A stretch of DNA of 63,303 nt, filler included, from Octopus bimaculoides (GCF_001194135.2; 7 parts of 7 records of this genome joined end to end with filler, not necessarily neighbours in it), one strand, 5' to 3'. Shown: positions 9,981-22,495, counted from the first letter of the whole stretch. Numbers and translations: made by a program. Notes: generated by a model from the letters alone, not told the origin.

Positions 9981-12282
9981 TGTGCGTCGCGCAAAACATG
10001 TATGAAGGTTTTTCTAAACAAAATAAATAATTTTTTTAAACCAAGTAAATAAATTATACACAACCTGCTTTTGGTAAAGAGTCCATTAAAAAGTCGGTCT
10101 TTCAAAATCTGTTGTTCAATGGTATGAGTACAAGAGAGACATTACAAGTAATGTATCTTGAATAGTACCTATTTGGCGCTGCAAATAATCATGATAATAA
10201 AACAACATGCGCAGGAAGCAAATTTTTGTTAATCGTAATTCCCGTATGTGTGTATGTGGTTTCAGATGATGGAGATATAAGCCACCCGCTCCGTCTTTGA
10301 AAAATATTTTTCCTTTATGGAAACCCACGTTTTCGGCCACGAAGATTCCGCTTCTGAAAAAAAATTGGCGAAAATCGCAACTTCAAAATTTCAATTAATT
10401 TTCTTCATGTTTCGCTTTTCTCAGAAACTTTTTGTTAAATTTATAGTTTCACACCGTTTTCTGCAAAACGGATGCATTTCTGACAGCTTANNNNNNNNNN
10501 NNNNNNNNNNNNNNNNNNNNNNNNNNNNNNNNNNNNNNNNNNNNNNNNNNNNNNNNNNNNNNNNNNNNNNNNNNNNNNNNNNNNNNNNNNNNNNNNNNNN
10601 NNNNNNNNNNNNNNNNNNNNNNNNNNNNNNNNNNNNNNNNNNNNNNNNNNNNNNNNNNNNNNNNNNNNNNNNNNNNNNNNNNNNNNNNNNNNNNNNNNNN
10701 NNNNNNNNNNNNNNNNNNNNNNNNNNNNNNNNNNNNNNNNNNNNNNNNNNNNNNNNNNNNNNNNNNNNNNNNNNNNNNNNNNNNNNNNNNNNNNNNNNNN
10801 NNNNNNNNNNNNNNNNNNNNNNNNNNNNNNNNNNNNNNNNNNNNNNNNNNNNNNNNNNNNNNNNNNNNNNNNNNNNNNNNNNNNNNNNNNNNNNNNNNNN
10901 NNNNNNNNNNNNNNNNNNNNNNNNNNNNNNNNNNNNNNNNNNNNNNNNNNNNNNNNNNNNNNNNNNNNNNNNNNNNNNNNNNNNNNNNNNNNNNNNNNNN
11001 NNNNNNNNNNNNNNNNNNNNNNNNNNNNNNNNNNNNNNNNNNNNNNNNNNNNNNNNNNNNNNNNNNNNNNNNNNNNNNNNNNNNNNNNNNNNNNNNNNNN
11101 NNNNNNNNNNNNNNNNNNNNNNNNNNNNNNNNNNNNNNNNNNNNNNNNNNNNNNNNNNNNNNNNNNNNNNNNNNNNNNNNNNNNNNNNNNNNNNNNNNNN
11201 NNNNNNNNNNNNNNNNNNNNNNNNNNNNNNNNNNNNNNNNNNNNNNNNNNNNNNNNNNNNNNNNNNNNNNNNNNNNNNNNNNNNNNNNNNNNNNNNNNNN
11301 NNNNNNNNNNNNNNNNNNNNNNNNNNNNNNNNNNNNNNNNNNNNNNNNNNNNNNNNNNNNNNNNNNNNNNNNNNNNNNNNNNNNNNAAAGACTATCTTTC
11401 AGGCATTGAAATGATAGTTATTGCAAGATAGGAACGGGGGGGGGGGGGTAAAAGAATTCATATGCGTTCTTCTTTAAGCATATCTAGTGGGAGCTAAAAA
11501 GGGCAATACAGTGAAGTATCGAATCTGGACAGGTTTCGTTTGAAACAGAGTAACTATTTTAGCTTAGTTTGCAATGATTTGGACAACTTTTCAACGTGGT
11601 TATAAATACATTACGTTCTTAAACTGATTTTTGAGTTATATAAAAATCAAGGGGACAGGCAGTGCATCACTAGCATGTCTCAACTGCACACCACTGATAT
11701 ATATATATATATGTAGTGGATCTCGCAAGCATGAAGTGAATTCGATCCACCATAGCCAAATTGAAATTTACGGTTCAACAGAACTTTTCTCAAGGTGGAA
11801 AAATGGTTTTTCTCTGACAACAGTTTTACATTTGCCAGATTGCCTTTAGCTAGGCCGAAATAATGTCTTCACCACTTGACCCTTTCTAACCTCTTCTACT
11901 TCACCGAAAGCTAGAATAGAGATAACAAGACCACCAACTAAATCTATTGTTCTCAATGATATGTCTATCCTTCTGGATTGTTATAAAAGCAAGAAACCCC
12001 AAGCAAAAAGATAGTTCAGTCACTTTGGTCTTCGTAGTCATCAGTCGCATGAGCGTTTAAGGAATATAAGCGCCATGGAAGGATAACAGACAGGAAGCTA
12101 TGCTGCGGTAACCGGTAAAGGCCTGACGGAGGAGGTACTGCAGGTCCATGAAATCCAACTGAATGACACAAATTTTTAAAAGTTTAGCGCCTTGTTGAAG
12201 AAGGGGGGGGGACAGCCTGAGGCTGATGCCCCCAAAGGAAATACTGGAAAGAACAGAAAAGAGAACGGTAATTTATTGAACG

Positions 12283-12790
12283 ATGAATGTGCTAACTGAG
12301 AAGGTGGAAATTGCAGCAGAGGATGAAGGGGAGTGCTTTCAAGAAATAAGAAACAACATAACGTTTTACACGAGAGGCAGAAAGTACGGCACAGTGGAGG
12401 TGCACTTCAGAAGTGAAGAAGGAGCGAGGAAACACTCCACTGTGCCTTTGAGATCAGACAAGTGGGCACTTCTACCTTCTTATTGTGGAAAACGTACAGC
12501 CAAAGTAAGGATAGGTAGAGTGCCCCCAGAAATCGACAAGGAGTGGCTGGTAGCAGCCATCCACTATAATTCAGAAGAGGATGTGCAGATATTGGAGGTA
12601 GATCGGTGGGGATGTAGACTGGAAGTTCTGGTCCACATTAGCATACCTGACCCCCATAAAATAGCAGAAGAGCTGGTGCTTGTAGATGACACGAGGCTGC
12701 GAATTGTTGTGGAGGGGAGATCTCCAGTGTGCTATGCTTGTGGAACAAGATGACACATGAAAGCAAGGTGACCCCAGAAAAGTGAACAGG
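12283..12790 (+). pseudogene. LINE ORF1 remnant (L1/Tx1-like, RRM-like region plus CCHC knuckle)
   Basis: ...RIVVEGRSPVCYACGTR*HMKAR*P is a C-x2-C-x4-H-x4-C knuckle broken by two TGA codons, followed by a K/E-rich tail. Confidence 0.65.
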
Positions 12791-14213
12791 AGGAGGTGGA
12801 GAAGGTCAGGCAGAGGGGAAATGATGGAATATACAGTCGTAGAAAAAATTGAAAAGTAATGTAGAATTGCCACCAAAAAAGAAATGAAAGGCAGAGGAGA
12901 AAGGAAAAAAGTGAAGAAAAAAGGAAAGATGAGGAACTGACTGAAGAGTGAACCCAGAGATCGGTGCCTTCTACTAGTAAGGAAGGACGGGAGAAGAAGG
13001 GACATGAAAGTGAGAAGGAAGGAGTAGCAGAGGTAGAGATCGGTGAAGTACAGCAGTGAGAGAGGGGTGAGGTACTGAAGAAAGAACTAACGAATGGTAA
13101 GCACGAAAGAATGTTTGTTACTTAGAAAAAAAGCGTAGAAATAGAAAAACGAATTTCTAAAATGAAAGATATAATGAGAGTGAAACTGGCGAACACGGAG
13201 GAAAATCGAGAGGTGAAAGCGGTGTTAGTTGGAGGAGGAGAGGGCAGCAAGGTTAAAAGAGATATTTGGCGACAGAGTCAAAACGACAGGATAACGAGTT
13301 CAATACAATGAACTGCCATCAGTAACAACACATGACAAGATAATGCTTGATATAAAATTGGGCTAAGTAATTATTTTATTTAAAGGAAACAAAAAAAAAA
13401 ACAGTAAAATGGAACTGCCTACTTTGAGGGGTAGGAAAGCCATTTTATCCTCATTATTTTCATATTCATATGCTATATGTTTTATGTACCCCAATGTAAT
13501 GTCTTGTCTGTCCTTGTGGTGTCCCCTCTTAATCGACTTTAATACAGCTGGGTATGAGTATAAAAACAGCATCCCTTTGCCAAGCCATGTTGAGAAAGTG
13601 TGGTAGAACAGTCTTATTAAACCATTAGGATCTCATGTTCAAATTTATGGCCTTCACATTAGACTGTCGTTGGTGGAGAGAACATGCTGAGGCCCCTATA
13701 CTGCAGTGGACCGAACCTAGGCAATCCCATCTAGTCAAAGGTGTGGTCATGGATTGCTTTGATGAATGTGGAAAGATTTCAGATTCTTCTGGGAGTTCTT
13801 CCTTCTAAATGCTTTCTCTAAGCTTTTTCAATGTCTCAGTTGCATATCATTCTACAGCCATGTTCCAGAAAACTANNNNNNNNNNNNNNNNNNNNNNNNN
13901 NNNNNNNNNNNNNNNNNNNNNNNNNNNNNNNNNNNNNNNNNNNNNNNNNNNNNNNNNNNNNNNNNNNNNNNNNNNNNNNNNNNNNNNNNNNNNNNNNNNN
14001 NNNNNNNNNNNNNNNNNNNNNNNNNNNNNNNNNNNNNNNNNNNNNNNNNNNNNNNNNNNNNNNNNNNNNNNNNNNNNNNNNNNNNAGATCCCAAAGACAC
14101 GTTTCATACCCTGTCACCAGATGAGAGAAAAAAAAAATATATAAAGCTCGTTTATGAAGAGTTAATAGACAACTTTCAGAGAATGATTTACCACAGATAT
14201 CACACAAATATGG

Positions 14214-14861
14214 TTATTCCCCTGTGTGAATACGTCTATGTTGAATTAAGCTACGTATTGCAGTGAAGGATTTGTCACAGTTATCACAGTGATATGGTTT
14301 CTCTCCTGTATGAACACGTTTATGTTGAGTTAAGGGACTACTTTCAGAGAATGATTTACCACAGATATCACACTGGTAAGGTTTTTCTCCTGTGTGAATA
14401 CGTCTATGTACAGTTAAGTGTGCACTTTGCGAGAATGATTTACGACAAATATCACATTGATATGGTTTTTCACCTGTATGAAAGCGTTTATGTTGAGTTA
14501 AGTCACTACTGCCAGAGAATGATTTACTGCAGACATCACAGCGGAATGGTTTTTCTCCTGTATGAATACGTTTGTGCTTATTTAAGCTGCTTCCAACAGA
14601 GAAAGATTTGCCACAGACATCACAGGGGTATGGTTTCTCTCCAGTATGAATGCGTATGTGAATGGTTAAATGACACTTAAGAGAAAATGATTTACCACAG
14701 ATATCACACTGATGCGGTCTCCTTCCAGGGTGGAAACATTTGTGTGTATTGAAGCGGCGTTCCGCAGAGAATGATTCGTCACATATATCACAGTGATACG
14801 GTTTTTCTCCTGTATGCATGCGTATGTGAATAATTAAATTACACCTTTTAGAAAACGATTT
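14214..14861 (-). CDS. C2H2 zinc-finger protein, paralog of copy 1 (fingers 3-9 plus part of finger 2; 5' end cut by spacer)
   Basis: 188 of 201 aa identical to copy 1; same TGE-TAA ending at 14214-14216. Confidence 0.88.
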   Translation of the reverse strand, partial: KSFSKRCNLIIHIRMHTGEKPYHCDICDESFSAERRFNTHKCFHPGRRPHQCDICGKSFSLKCHLTIHIRIHTGEKPYPCDVCGKSFSVGSSLNKHKRIHTGEKPFRCDVCSKSFSGSSDLTQHKRFHTGEKPYQCDICRKSFSQSAHLTVHRRIHTGEKPYQCDICGKSFSESSPLTQHKRVHTGEKPYHCDNCDKSFTAIRSLIQHRRIHTGE

Positions 14862-14961
14862 NNNNNNNNNNNNNNNNNNNNNNNNNNNNNNNNNNNNNNN
14901 NNNNNTTAATTAATTAANNNNNNNNNNNNNNNNNNNNNNNNNNNNNNNNNNNNNNNNNNNN
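14862..14961. other. Artificial assembly spacer (N44-TTAATTAATTAA-N44)
   Basis: Exactly 100 nt; the 12-mer has stops in all six frames; identical at six sites. Confidence 0.95.
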
Positions 14962-15469
14962 TATATATATAAACCCAACTGTTCTTATAAACTTATATCT
15001 ATTCTTCACCATCATAATAGCTCAGATTTCCAATAAAATCATTCATATTCATTACCATATAACAAAGCGCAATGCTTATATATTCATTTATTGCTAATGT
15101 AACAATCTACCCTAACTTCAGTGTTCTCTTTGCCGTGAATAATCTTTCATCATTTGCATGTCTGCCTTCCCAGTTGTAAATTCTCTTTAATATTTGAGAT
15201 AATGATTTTCAACCAGTCTGAATATGGTCGCACATTTTACTAGAAAGCACAGCCGAATCTCTCTTGAATAAAATATTAAATACTAATCGAAAGTAGACAT
15301 TAAATCTTTGTGCATACTTTTACACACGTGAAAGCCATTGATAGTATTTGCTCGATCGTCATCACTCTGGACCCAAATAACTCCGACTACTCCATCAGCA
15401 GCGGCAGCAGTAGCAGCAGCAGCAGCAGCAGGAAGAACTGCAACAACAACGGACAGTCTCTGTAGATCT

Positions 15470-15690
15470 TATTTCTTTATTGCCCACAAGGGGCTAAACA
15501 TAGAGGGGACAAGCAAAGGAATTAAGTCGATTAGGTCGACCCCAGTGCGTAACTGGTACCTTATTTATCGACCCCGAAAGGATGAAAGGCAAAGTCGACC
15601 TCGACGGAATTTGAACACAGAACGTAACGGCAGACGAAATACCGCTAAGCATTTCGTCCGGCGCGCTAACGTTACTGCCAGCTCGACGCC
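15470..15690 (-). mobile_element. SINE family B, near full length
   Basis: Near-identical to 60292-60531. Confidence 0.8.
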
Positions 15691-15954
15691 AGTCTCTGTA
15701 GATCCGTTTTCTTGCACTAATCTATATTCCTCCCGTAGTCTCCCGCTGAAAATAATCAAATATGTGCGCATGGTTAAGATCACTTTGGTAAATGTGTGGC
15801 TCTAGGTTCAATCTCATTGTCCTCCACCTTATGGAAAGTGTATTTTATCATAACGCTCGGATCACCCTAATTGTTGTAAGTGAGCTAGAATAGACGGAAA
15901 TTATGCGGAAGCCTGTCTGGTGAAGAGGAACTTACGCTGATGGATAACACTTAC

Positions 15955-16043
15955 TTTGATTCCTTTTCCTCATACAGGTGCTTTAGACGATTGTATTCTG
16001 CTGCAAACATTTGGACCAAATTTCCAATCTGAAGTTCATCCAT
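15955..16043 (-). CDS. Putative first coding exon MDELQIGNLVQMFAAEYNRLKHLYEEKES(K), unassigned
   Basis: AAAATGG start context with an upstream in-frame TGA, 29 open codons of protein-like composition, donor AA|GTAAGT at 15954 (phase 2). Confidence 0.5.
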
Positions 16044-17166
16044 TTTGCTTTCTCGGTTTCTTTCCTTATTTCTTCACAATGTGACAAATTGGCTGCGACG
16101 TTAGAGCGCTCGACGTTTCGATTTGCAGCATTTCCTTCAAGTTTCTGAGTTCAAATCTAGTAGAGGTCAACTTTACTTTTTATATTTACGGTATTAATGA
16201 ATAAAATACCGATGCTCTACTGGCTCGTTTCTTTTCTGTCTGTCTGTCTCTCTCTTTTATTGTCTTTGAGTCTTCTGAGAAAAGCCAGAACTGGAGATAG
16301 GTGTGCTGCGTCAGGTTTAAATATTCCCAAAACATGCCATATAGCAGAGTGGCACCCGTTCGACTTCATCAGGGAATTGAGGGCCCACGGCTGAGATACT
16401 ACGTTACCGATACTTCCTTATAAAACTCCTCATTGCACGAGAAACTTACAATACGGTTGTCAGCGAACTTGGACTACATCACAAAATGTGCCCTAGCTTT
16501 CTCTTAAACAGATAAGGTGTGGTCTGAAGATTTGGACTGTTTCACCTAGAATACCTTGCGATCGTGTAACAGGTACCTGTTAGTCGAGTTTGCGATTGTT
16601 TTGTTTTAACCATCCATGTATCAATCCGTTAAGTGAGTAAGGTTCTTTGGGAACGTATTAACCTCATAGTTCCTTCTCCTCTGAAAGACACAAAAGTTGT
16701 TGGCTGGAGGCGAACGTGTGTATTTTATCAGTTATTCCATAAGCTTGTTTACAGCATCACCACCACTAACAACAACATCATCATCATCATCAGCAGCAGC
16801 AGCAGCAACAGACATATTAGCAGCAGCGTATAGAACTCTACAAGTCACGTGCTTAATTGATTAGTATTCAACTTATTCAGAGAGGTTAGTGGCAAGACAG
16901 AAAAGAAAAAACACCCTATAAAAATTAAAAAAAAACTAGAAAAGACAAACAGGAAAAGATAACTGGCTTAGACATGGCTTAAGCCAAATAAAGTTGGAAT
17001 GGTTCCAAATGATAATGGGAACATAAGTTTTTCTCTCCTCATTCGCTCGCTCACTCACTCATTTCTCTTCTCATTCTTTTTGCGTCTCTTTTTCTGTCTG
17101 TCTGCTGATCACTCTCTTTCCCTCTCTCTCTCTTTTCTTTTCTCTCTCTCTCCACACACACATATG

Positions 17167-17205
<39 letters not shown>

Positions 17206-17311
17206 ATGTATATATATATACATGTATGTGTGCATATATATATATATATATACACACACACAAACACACGTATACTCCCTTTCTCTCTCTCTTCCCCACC
17301 ACACACACATG

Positions 17312-17342
<31 letters not shown>

Positions 17343-17738
17343 GTATGTATGTATGTATGTATGTATGTATGTATGTATGTATGTGTGTCATTAAAATATT
17401 TCTTTCATTAAGAGAGAAGGAAAAAAGCAGAAACAGTGAAATTTAGTAGATTCGGACGGTTTATAACTTTTTCCAATAAAATTAAGAAGAAATGTGTGTG
17501 AGATGAATTATACAATAGAGATCGTTGAAATAACAGGTTAATTAAATCGATATTAAAAGAAATACATTTAGTCTCGCTGTCTACGTTGAAAGTTGGATAT
17601 TTGATTTGGTTTAGAAATTTGATTCGAAATCATTAAGTCACTGGTTCGTTGGAAGGGATTTTTGTGGGGTTAGCCTTTTTACCTATAGCTTCCGATTGCT
17701 GACAGACCTCGTGAGTAAAATTGAACGGACAGAAATTA

Positions 17739-17925
17739 CAGGAGTTGGACAAAATAATTAGAACACATGTTCAATTCAATGAATATTCATTTAATATAGA
17801 GTTGATCCTCCTTTAAGTTTCTGAATAACTTCCATGCGTCTAGGCATTGATTCATACAGCTTCCTAACTTCATTGAGAGGTATCTTGAGTCATTCTTCCT
17901 GCAAATTCTACTCCAGCTGTTACAG
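17739..17925 (-). mobile_element. Tc1-like transposon 3' end with TIR
   Basis: TA|CAGGAGTTGGACAAAATAATTAGAACAC matches the TIR at 55655-55683; minus translation ..KIPLNEVRKLYESMPRRMEVIQKLKGGSTLY*. Confidence 0.75.
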
Positions 17926-18249
17926 ACACAACGGTGAAGCAAATAAATAATTTTCGTCGAAATTGATGAAGATCCATTTATTTACCACGTTAAGTAATTT
18001 ACAAGTTATTAGCTTAGTAGTTGGTAATTAATTTTTCAGAGGTTATATAGTTTATGAGAAAATAAATAATAATCCTTTCTACTACCGGTACAAGGCCCGA
18101 AATTTTGTGGGCGGGGGCCCGTCGATTAGAACGACCCCGGTACACAACTGGTACTTAATTTATCAACCCCGAAAGGATGAAAAGCAAAATCGACCCATTA
18201 TCACCCCACTTTTACATGAATCGCTACCCCATTATCACCCCACTTTTCC

Positions 18250-18295
18250 ACCGCCCCCTGGGGGGGTGCAATACCGTCCACTTTGGGAACCAGTG
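18250..18295 (-). mobile_element. hAT/Charlie-like terminal fragment
   Basis: CACTGGTTCCCAAAGTGGACGGTATTGCACCCCCCCAGGGGGCGG resembles typical hAT MITE termini. Confidence 0.45.
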
Positions 18296-18309
18296 ATATA
18301 GAATAAATT

Positions 18310-19320
18310 GTAACATCATTTAAAGTCAAACGTGACACTAAGCTTCTTCCTTATAAATGTGATAAACATATACATGTGTGTATGTGTGCAAGTGTAAGTA
18401 TACGTTTGTGTGTGAGTGTATTTTTGTTTGCTTGCTTGTGTGTGTGTGTGGATAGATGGGTGTGAAATATATGAAATTCAACGTGCTCTAATTAATGTTA
18501 GAAACTATGTCAAGTTGTTACTAATTAGTGGTGCCAGGTTAATTCTTTTCTACTCTACACACAGTGGAGGCGCAATGGCCCAGTGGTTAGCCTTGTCCCA
18601 CTGTGTCACGCTGAATACCCACGAGAACTACATTAAGAGTACACGTGTCTGTGGAGTGCTCAGCCACTTGCACATTAATTTCATGAGCAGGCTGTTCCGT
18701 TGATCGGATCAACTGGAACCCTCAACGTCGTAAGCGACGGAGTGTCAACAACAACAACTCTAGACACAAGGCCCGACATTCTGGGGGAGAGAACCAGTCG
18801 ATTAGATCGACGCCAGTACGCAACTGGTACTTAATCTATCGACCTCGAAAGAATGAAAGGCAAAGTCGACTTCGGCGGAATTTGAACTCAGAACGTAAAG
18901 ACAGACGAAATAGCGCTAAGCATTTCGCCCGGAGTGCTAACGATTCTGCCAGCTCGCCACTTTATAGTCTATAAGATATTCAATAACTTGCTATTTCATA
19001 TGTGTGTGTGTTTGTGTGTGTAGATAGATAGATAGATAGATAGATATAGAATAAACCGTAACATCATTTAAGGTCAAACGTGTAGTGACACTAAGCTTCT
19101 CTCTTATAAATGTGATTATCATATACATGTATGTATGTATGTAAGTGTAAGTATGCGTTTGTGTGTAAGTGTAAGTATGCGTTTGTGTGTGAGTGTATTT
19201 TTGTTTGCTTGCTTGTGTATGTATGTGTGCGTGCATGTGAAACATATGAAATTCAACGTGCTCTAATTAATGTTAGAAACTATGTCAAGTTGTTACTAAT
19301 TAGTGATGCCAGGTTAATTG
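18310..19320 (+). repeat. ~240-bp local direct duplication (18310-18545 and ~19060-19320)
   Basis: TAACATCATTTAA.GTCAAACGTG...TGAAATTCAACGTGCTCTAATTAATGTTAGAAACTATGTCAAGTTGTTACTAATTAGTG.TGCCAGGTTAATT occurs twice. Confidence 0.9.
18566..18960. mobile_element. Adjacent SINEs: family C (+, internally deleted, 18566-18765) and family B (-, 18770-18960)
   Basis: Similarity to other copies in the window (56755-57040 and 60292-60531). Confidence 0.7.
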
Positions 19321-19540
19321 CAATTGGCAATAGGAGAAAGAAACTGTGCAGCAATTATTTGCTCAGTTTTTTTCCCTCCATTTTCTCCTCTCGAAATAAT
19401 ATCGGATTCCACTCGAATGTGTGAAAATTTAATCAATATTCAACTGTGCTGCTTCTGCTGCTCCTGCTACTTTTGCCGTTACTGTTGNNNNNNNNNNNNN
19501 NNNNNNNNNNNNNNNNNNNNNNNNNNNNNNNNNNACTACC

Positions 19541-19572
<32 letters not shown>

Positions 19573-19617
19573 AGTTTTACCGCATACATGTTGAAGATAC
19601 CTCTGTCTCTCTCTCTC

Positions 19618-19652
<35 letters not shown>

Positions 19653-19667
19653 GTCTCTCTCTCTGTC

Positions 19668-19735
<68 letters not shown>

Positions 19736-20127
19736 ACACACACACACACAAATCACACTCTCATTTTAACGACATACATAAAGGACTTAATTAAAGTGGT
19801 TTATTACGCGTTACATTTCATAGCTAAAATGATTAAGAAATGCACTTCGCAATGTTTTGGGTTCGATCCTACTGTATGTAATCTTGAGCAAATGTTTTTC
19901 GTTTTTACCACTGTTTTGTGAGTAAAATTAGTCAGAAGGTGATTATGTGGAAGCCTTTTGGGTGAATTGTACCTGGAATTTACTGTGCCATGATGTTTCT
20001 ACCTGAGAATTTAATTAAGGGCATGCCCCTCACGGTCGATTATTCAACCACTTACAGGATAATGTAACTGTAATGAGAATGTTGTTCTCATTAATTAGCA
20101 TAATAGCATAAACTGGGAAAAACATGG

Positions 20128-20962
20128 ATTACATGGAAAAATGCGATCAAGAGAAATAATATTCTTAAGATTATAAACCTGGAAAATTATAGGACAAGTT
20201 ATTACACATGGAGAAGTTAAACACAACTTATTACATCTTGTAAAGTACAGAACAAGAAACTTTTTACTTAAAATATTGCAGCTAAGAATAAAATTTGAAT
20301 ATTAAAAATGATTTAATCTTAATTTACAAAGTAACATTATAATTAAAAAAGGAACCGTCACTTTGTTAAAATATTGACACACTAGAATACTTCAAAAATG
20401 AGAGCCAGAAATACCAATATAGCTAAAGTTTTATGCAAAGTAGAATAGTATATATAGTAGGCAAATTCAATATGTAAAAAATAGGCATTATTCAAGACTA
20501 AAAATGTGAAGAATTTTTTGTTATATGTAGATTTTACTGTAATATATAATTTTTGTATTACTTTATTTATTGTAGTAACTAATTATGTACTACTATTTTT
20601 TTAATAACCTATTTTCAAATTTCTAATTATTAATTAATAATTTGTTAAAAAATTAATTTTTGTAAAGTGCAAAACCTATTTTGAGTTGTTGTTTTTTTAA
20701 ATAGAAATAACAAGTAATAACAAATAGAAGTAATAACTTCTAATAAAATTTTTAGTTTTAATAAAGTTAATATTTTCTAAATTTGAATATTTTATTTGAA
20801 ATCTTATCCTTAGCTGCAATATTTTAAGTGAAAATTTTCTTGTTCTGTACCAGATATAATAAGTTGTCCTGAACTTTGCCAACTGTAATTACTTGTCCTG
20901 TAATTTTCCAGGTTTATAATCTTAAGAATATTATTTCTCTTGCTCGCATTTTTCCGTGTAAT
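20128..20962. mobile_element. AT-rich foldback element with ~170-bp inverted arms
   Basis: 20128-20296 is the reverse complement of 20796-20962 (GAAAAATGCGA.CAAGAGAAATAATATTCTTAAGATTATAAACCTGGAAAATTA.AGGACAAGT...). Confidence 0.8.
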
Positions 20963-21106
20963 AAATTATGTTTAAAGTTGCTCCCCTGTGTTATAGATAT
21001 TACTTCAGTTCACTTTGAATTTAACCTGTTTTGGTTTACCACGATACCAATGTGTTACAATAGATTTTCGGATATATTGGTTTTATTTACACATCTGTTA
21101 GCTTAC

Positions 21107-21262
21107 CTTCTGGAAATGTTGAAATGTATGATCCAGCCGAAATTCTCAACAGACAGAAACTTAAGAACTGCATGAGAGAATCTCTTATAAAATTAGTGTT
21201 TCATTTAGTTTTCTTTTTCGTCTTCCTGTGTAACATGATACCATCACTCCTAATCGGAGAAC
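21107..21262 (-). other. Putative 156-nt exon (non-coding or disrupted)
   Basis: Acceptor AATTTCAG| and donor AAG|GTAAGC; the phase1-phase1 frame has a single TGA. Confidence 0.3.
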
Positions 21263-22495
21263 CTGAAATTGCTTGAATTACATGAGACAGCAGTGGCATC
21301 AATTTGTACAACAGAAACTCCTGATAAACTCCCGTAAATTATATCTAGATGTCTCTCTCATAATCTATGCGTATGTATGTATATATGTATGTATGTATGT
21401 GTGTGTGCGCGCGCACACACATGAATAAATCTTTTCTGTTTTCGTCTGCCAAATCCGCTCACAAAGTGTCTTCTGCTATACTCTGGAGCCAAAGTAGAAG
21501 ACACTTGTCCCAGGTGCCGTGTGTGGGACTGAACACAAAACCACGTGGTTGGGAAATAAGCTTCTTGTTATGTCCCTGGACTATCAAATTAACAGAGAGA
21601 TAACTGTATTCATTTACACTTTATCTGCAAGTGTAACATAACGCATATCACAGCGACGGTTGTCTGAATGTATAATAATAGCATAGATGCAATATTGCCC
21701 AGGGAGACGTAAGGTCGCTGCTTCATTTTCCGTGCTCCACTCATACCTTATGAGTGAAACTGTATAGAAGCCTGTCTGGTAGATTGTATCGGAAATTCAT
21801 AAGATACGGCCTTGTCGCATACTATGTTACATTGATTCTACCCTATTATAACATTAAAAGTATGAGTATCGTTGGAGTACTCAACTACTTACACAATATT
21901 GCAGGAGCAGATAACTCTAATGATCCAACAACTGAATTCACATCATCGATCGAAGAACAGCCATTATACTGCACATCACATCAACGACTAAAACTTGTAT
22001 CGTTCATTATTCTATGTACCTGACTATTTACTGTCTCAGATTGTACAATCTACGCTCTTTCGTTCATCATCAATTAATATCTATATAACATGTGCGTGTC
22101 TCTCTACGACCACAGGTTTGCAATATGTCTCTTGAGGATCTGCTATTTCTCCAAATTTCCTAGGTTCTTCATCTTAATCCCAATGTTCCCAGATATAACG
22201 ATATCAATTATTTACTTTTCCCTTCATCTCGTATTTATTACAAGAATATTATTAACTCTCTTATTTCTTTCTCTATTACGGTCAACCGCAATACGTTGCC
22301 AAATTACAAAAGATTTAGATATTCCTAAGTACAATTTCTCTAGCAGGTCGTCAACGTCGTCGATGTCTCTGTCTTTGTTGTTGTTGTTGTTGTTGTTGTT
22401 GCTGCTGCTTATACCTAAGTCATCTGTGATCAAGCAGAGCTATGATTGTACCAACTATGACTATCAATCAAACTATTTTCTTTTAAGCAGTTTAC

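Noticed and set aside
8243-11414. ORFs of 270-365 aa spanning N runs
   Set aside because: Assembly gaps read through as X
14906-14917. TTAATTAATTAA as a biological motif or homeodomain site
   Set aside because: Always centred in exactly 44+44 N; it is a synthetic linker
15115-15265. Candidate exon 2 for the MDELQ exon (RDSAVLSSKMCDHIQTG*KSLSQILKRIYNW...)
   Set aside because: In-frame TGA and no acceptor compatible with a phase-2 junction
16089-16225. CpG-rich patch as promoter of the MDELQ exon
   Set aside because: It aligns to a decayed family B SINE, so the CpG content is not independent evidence
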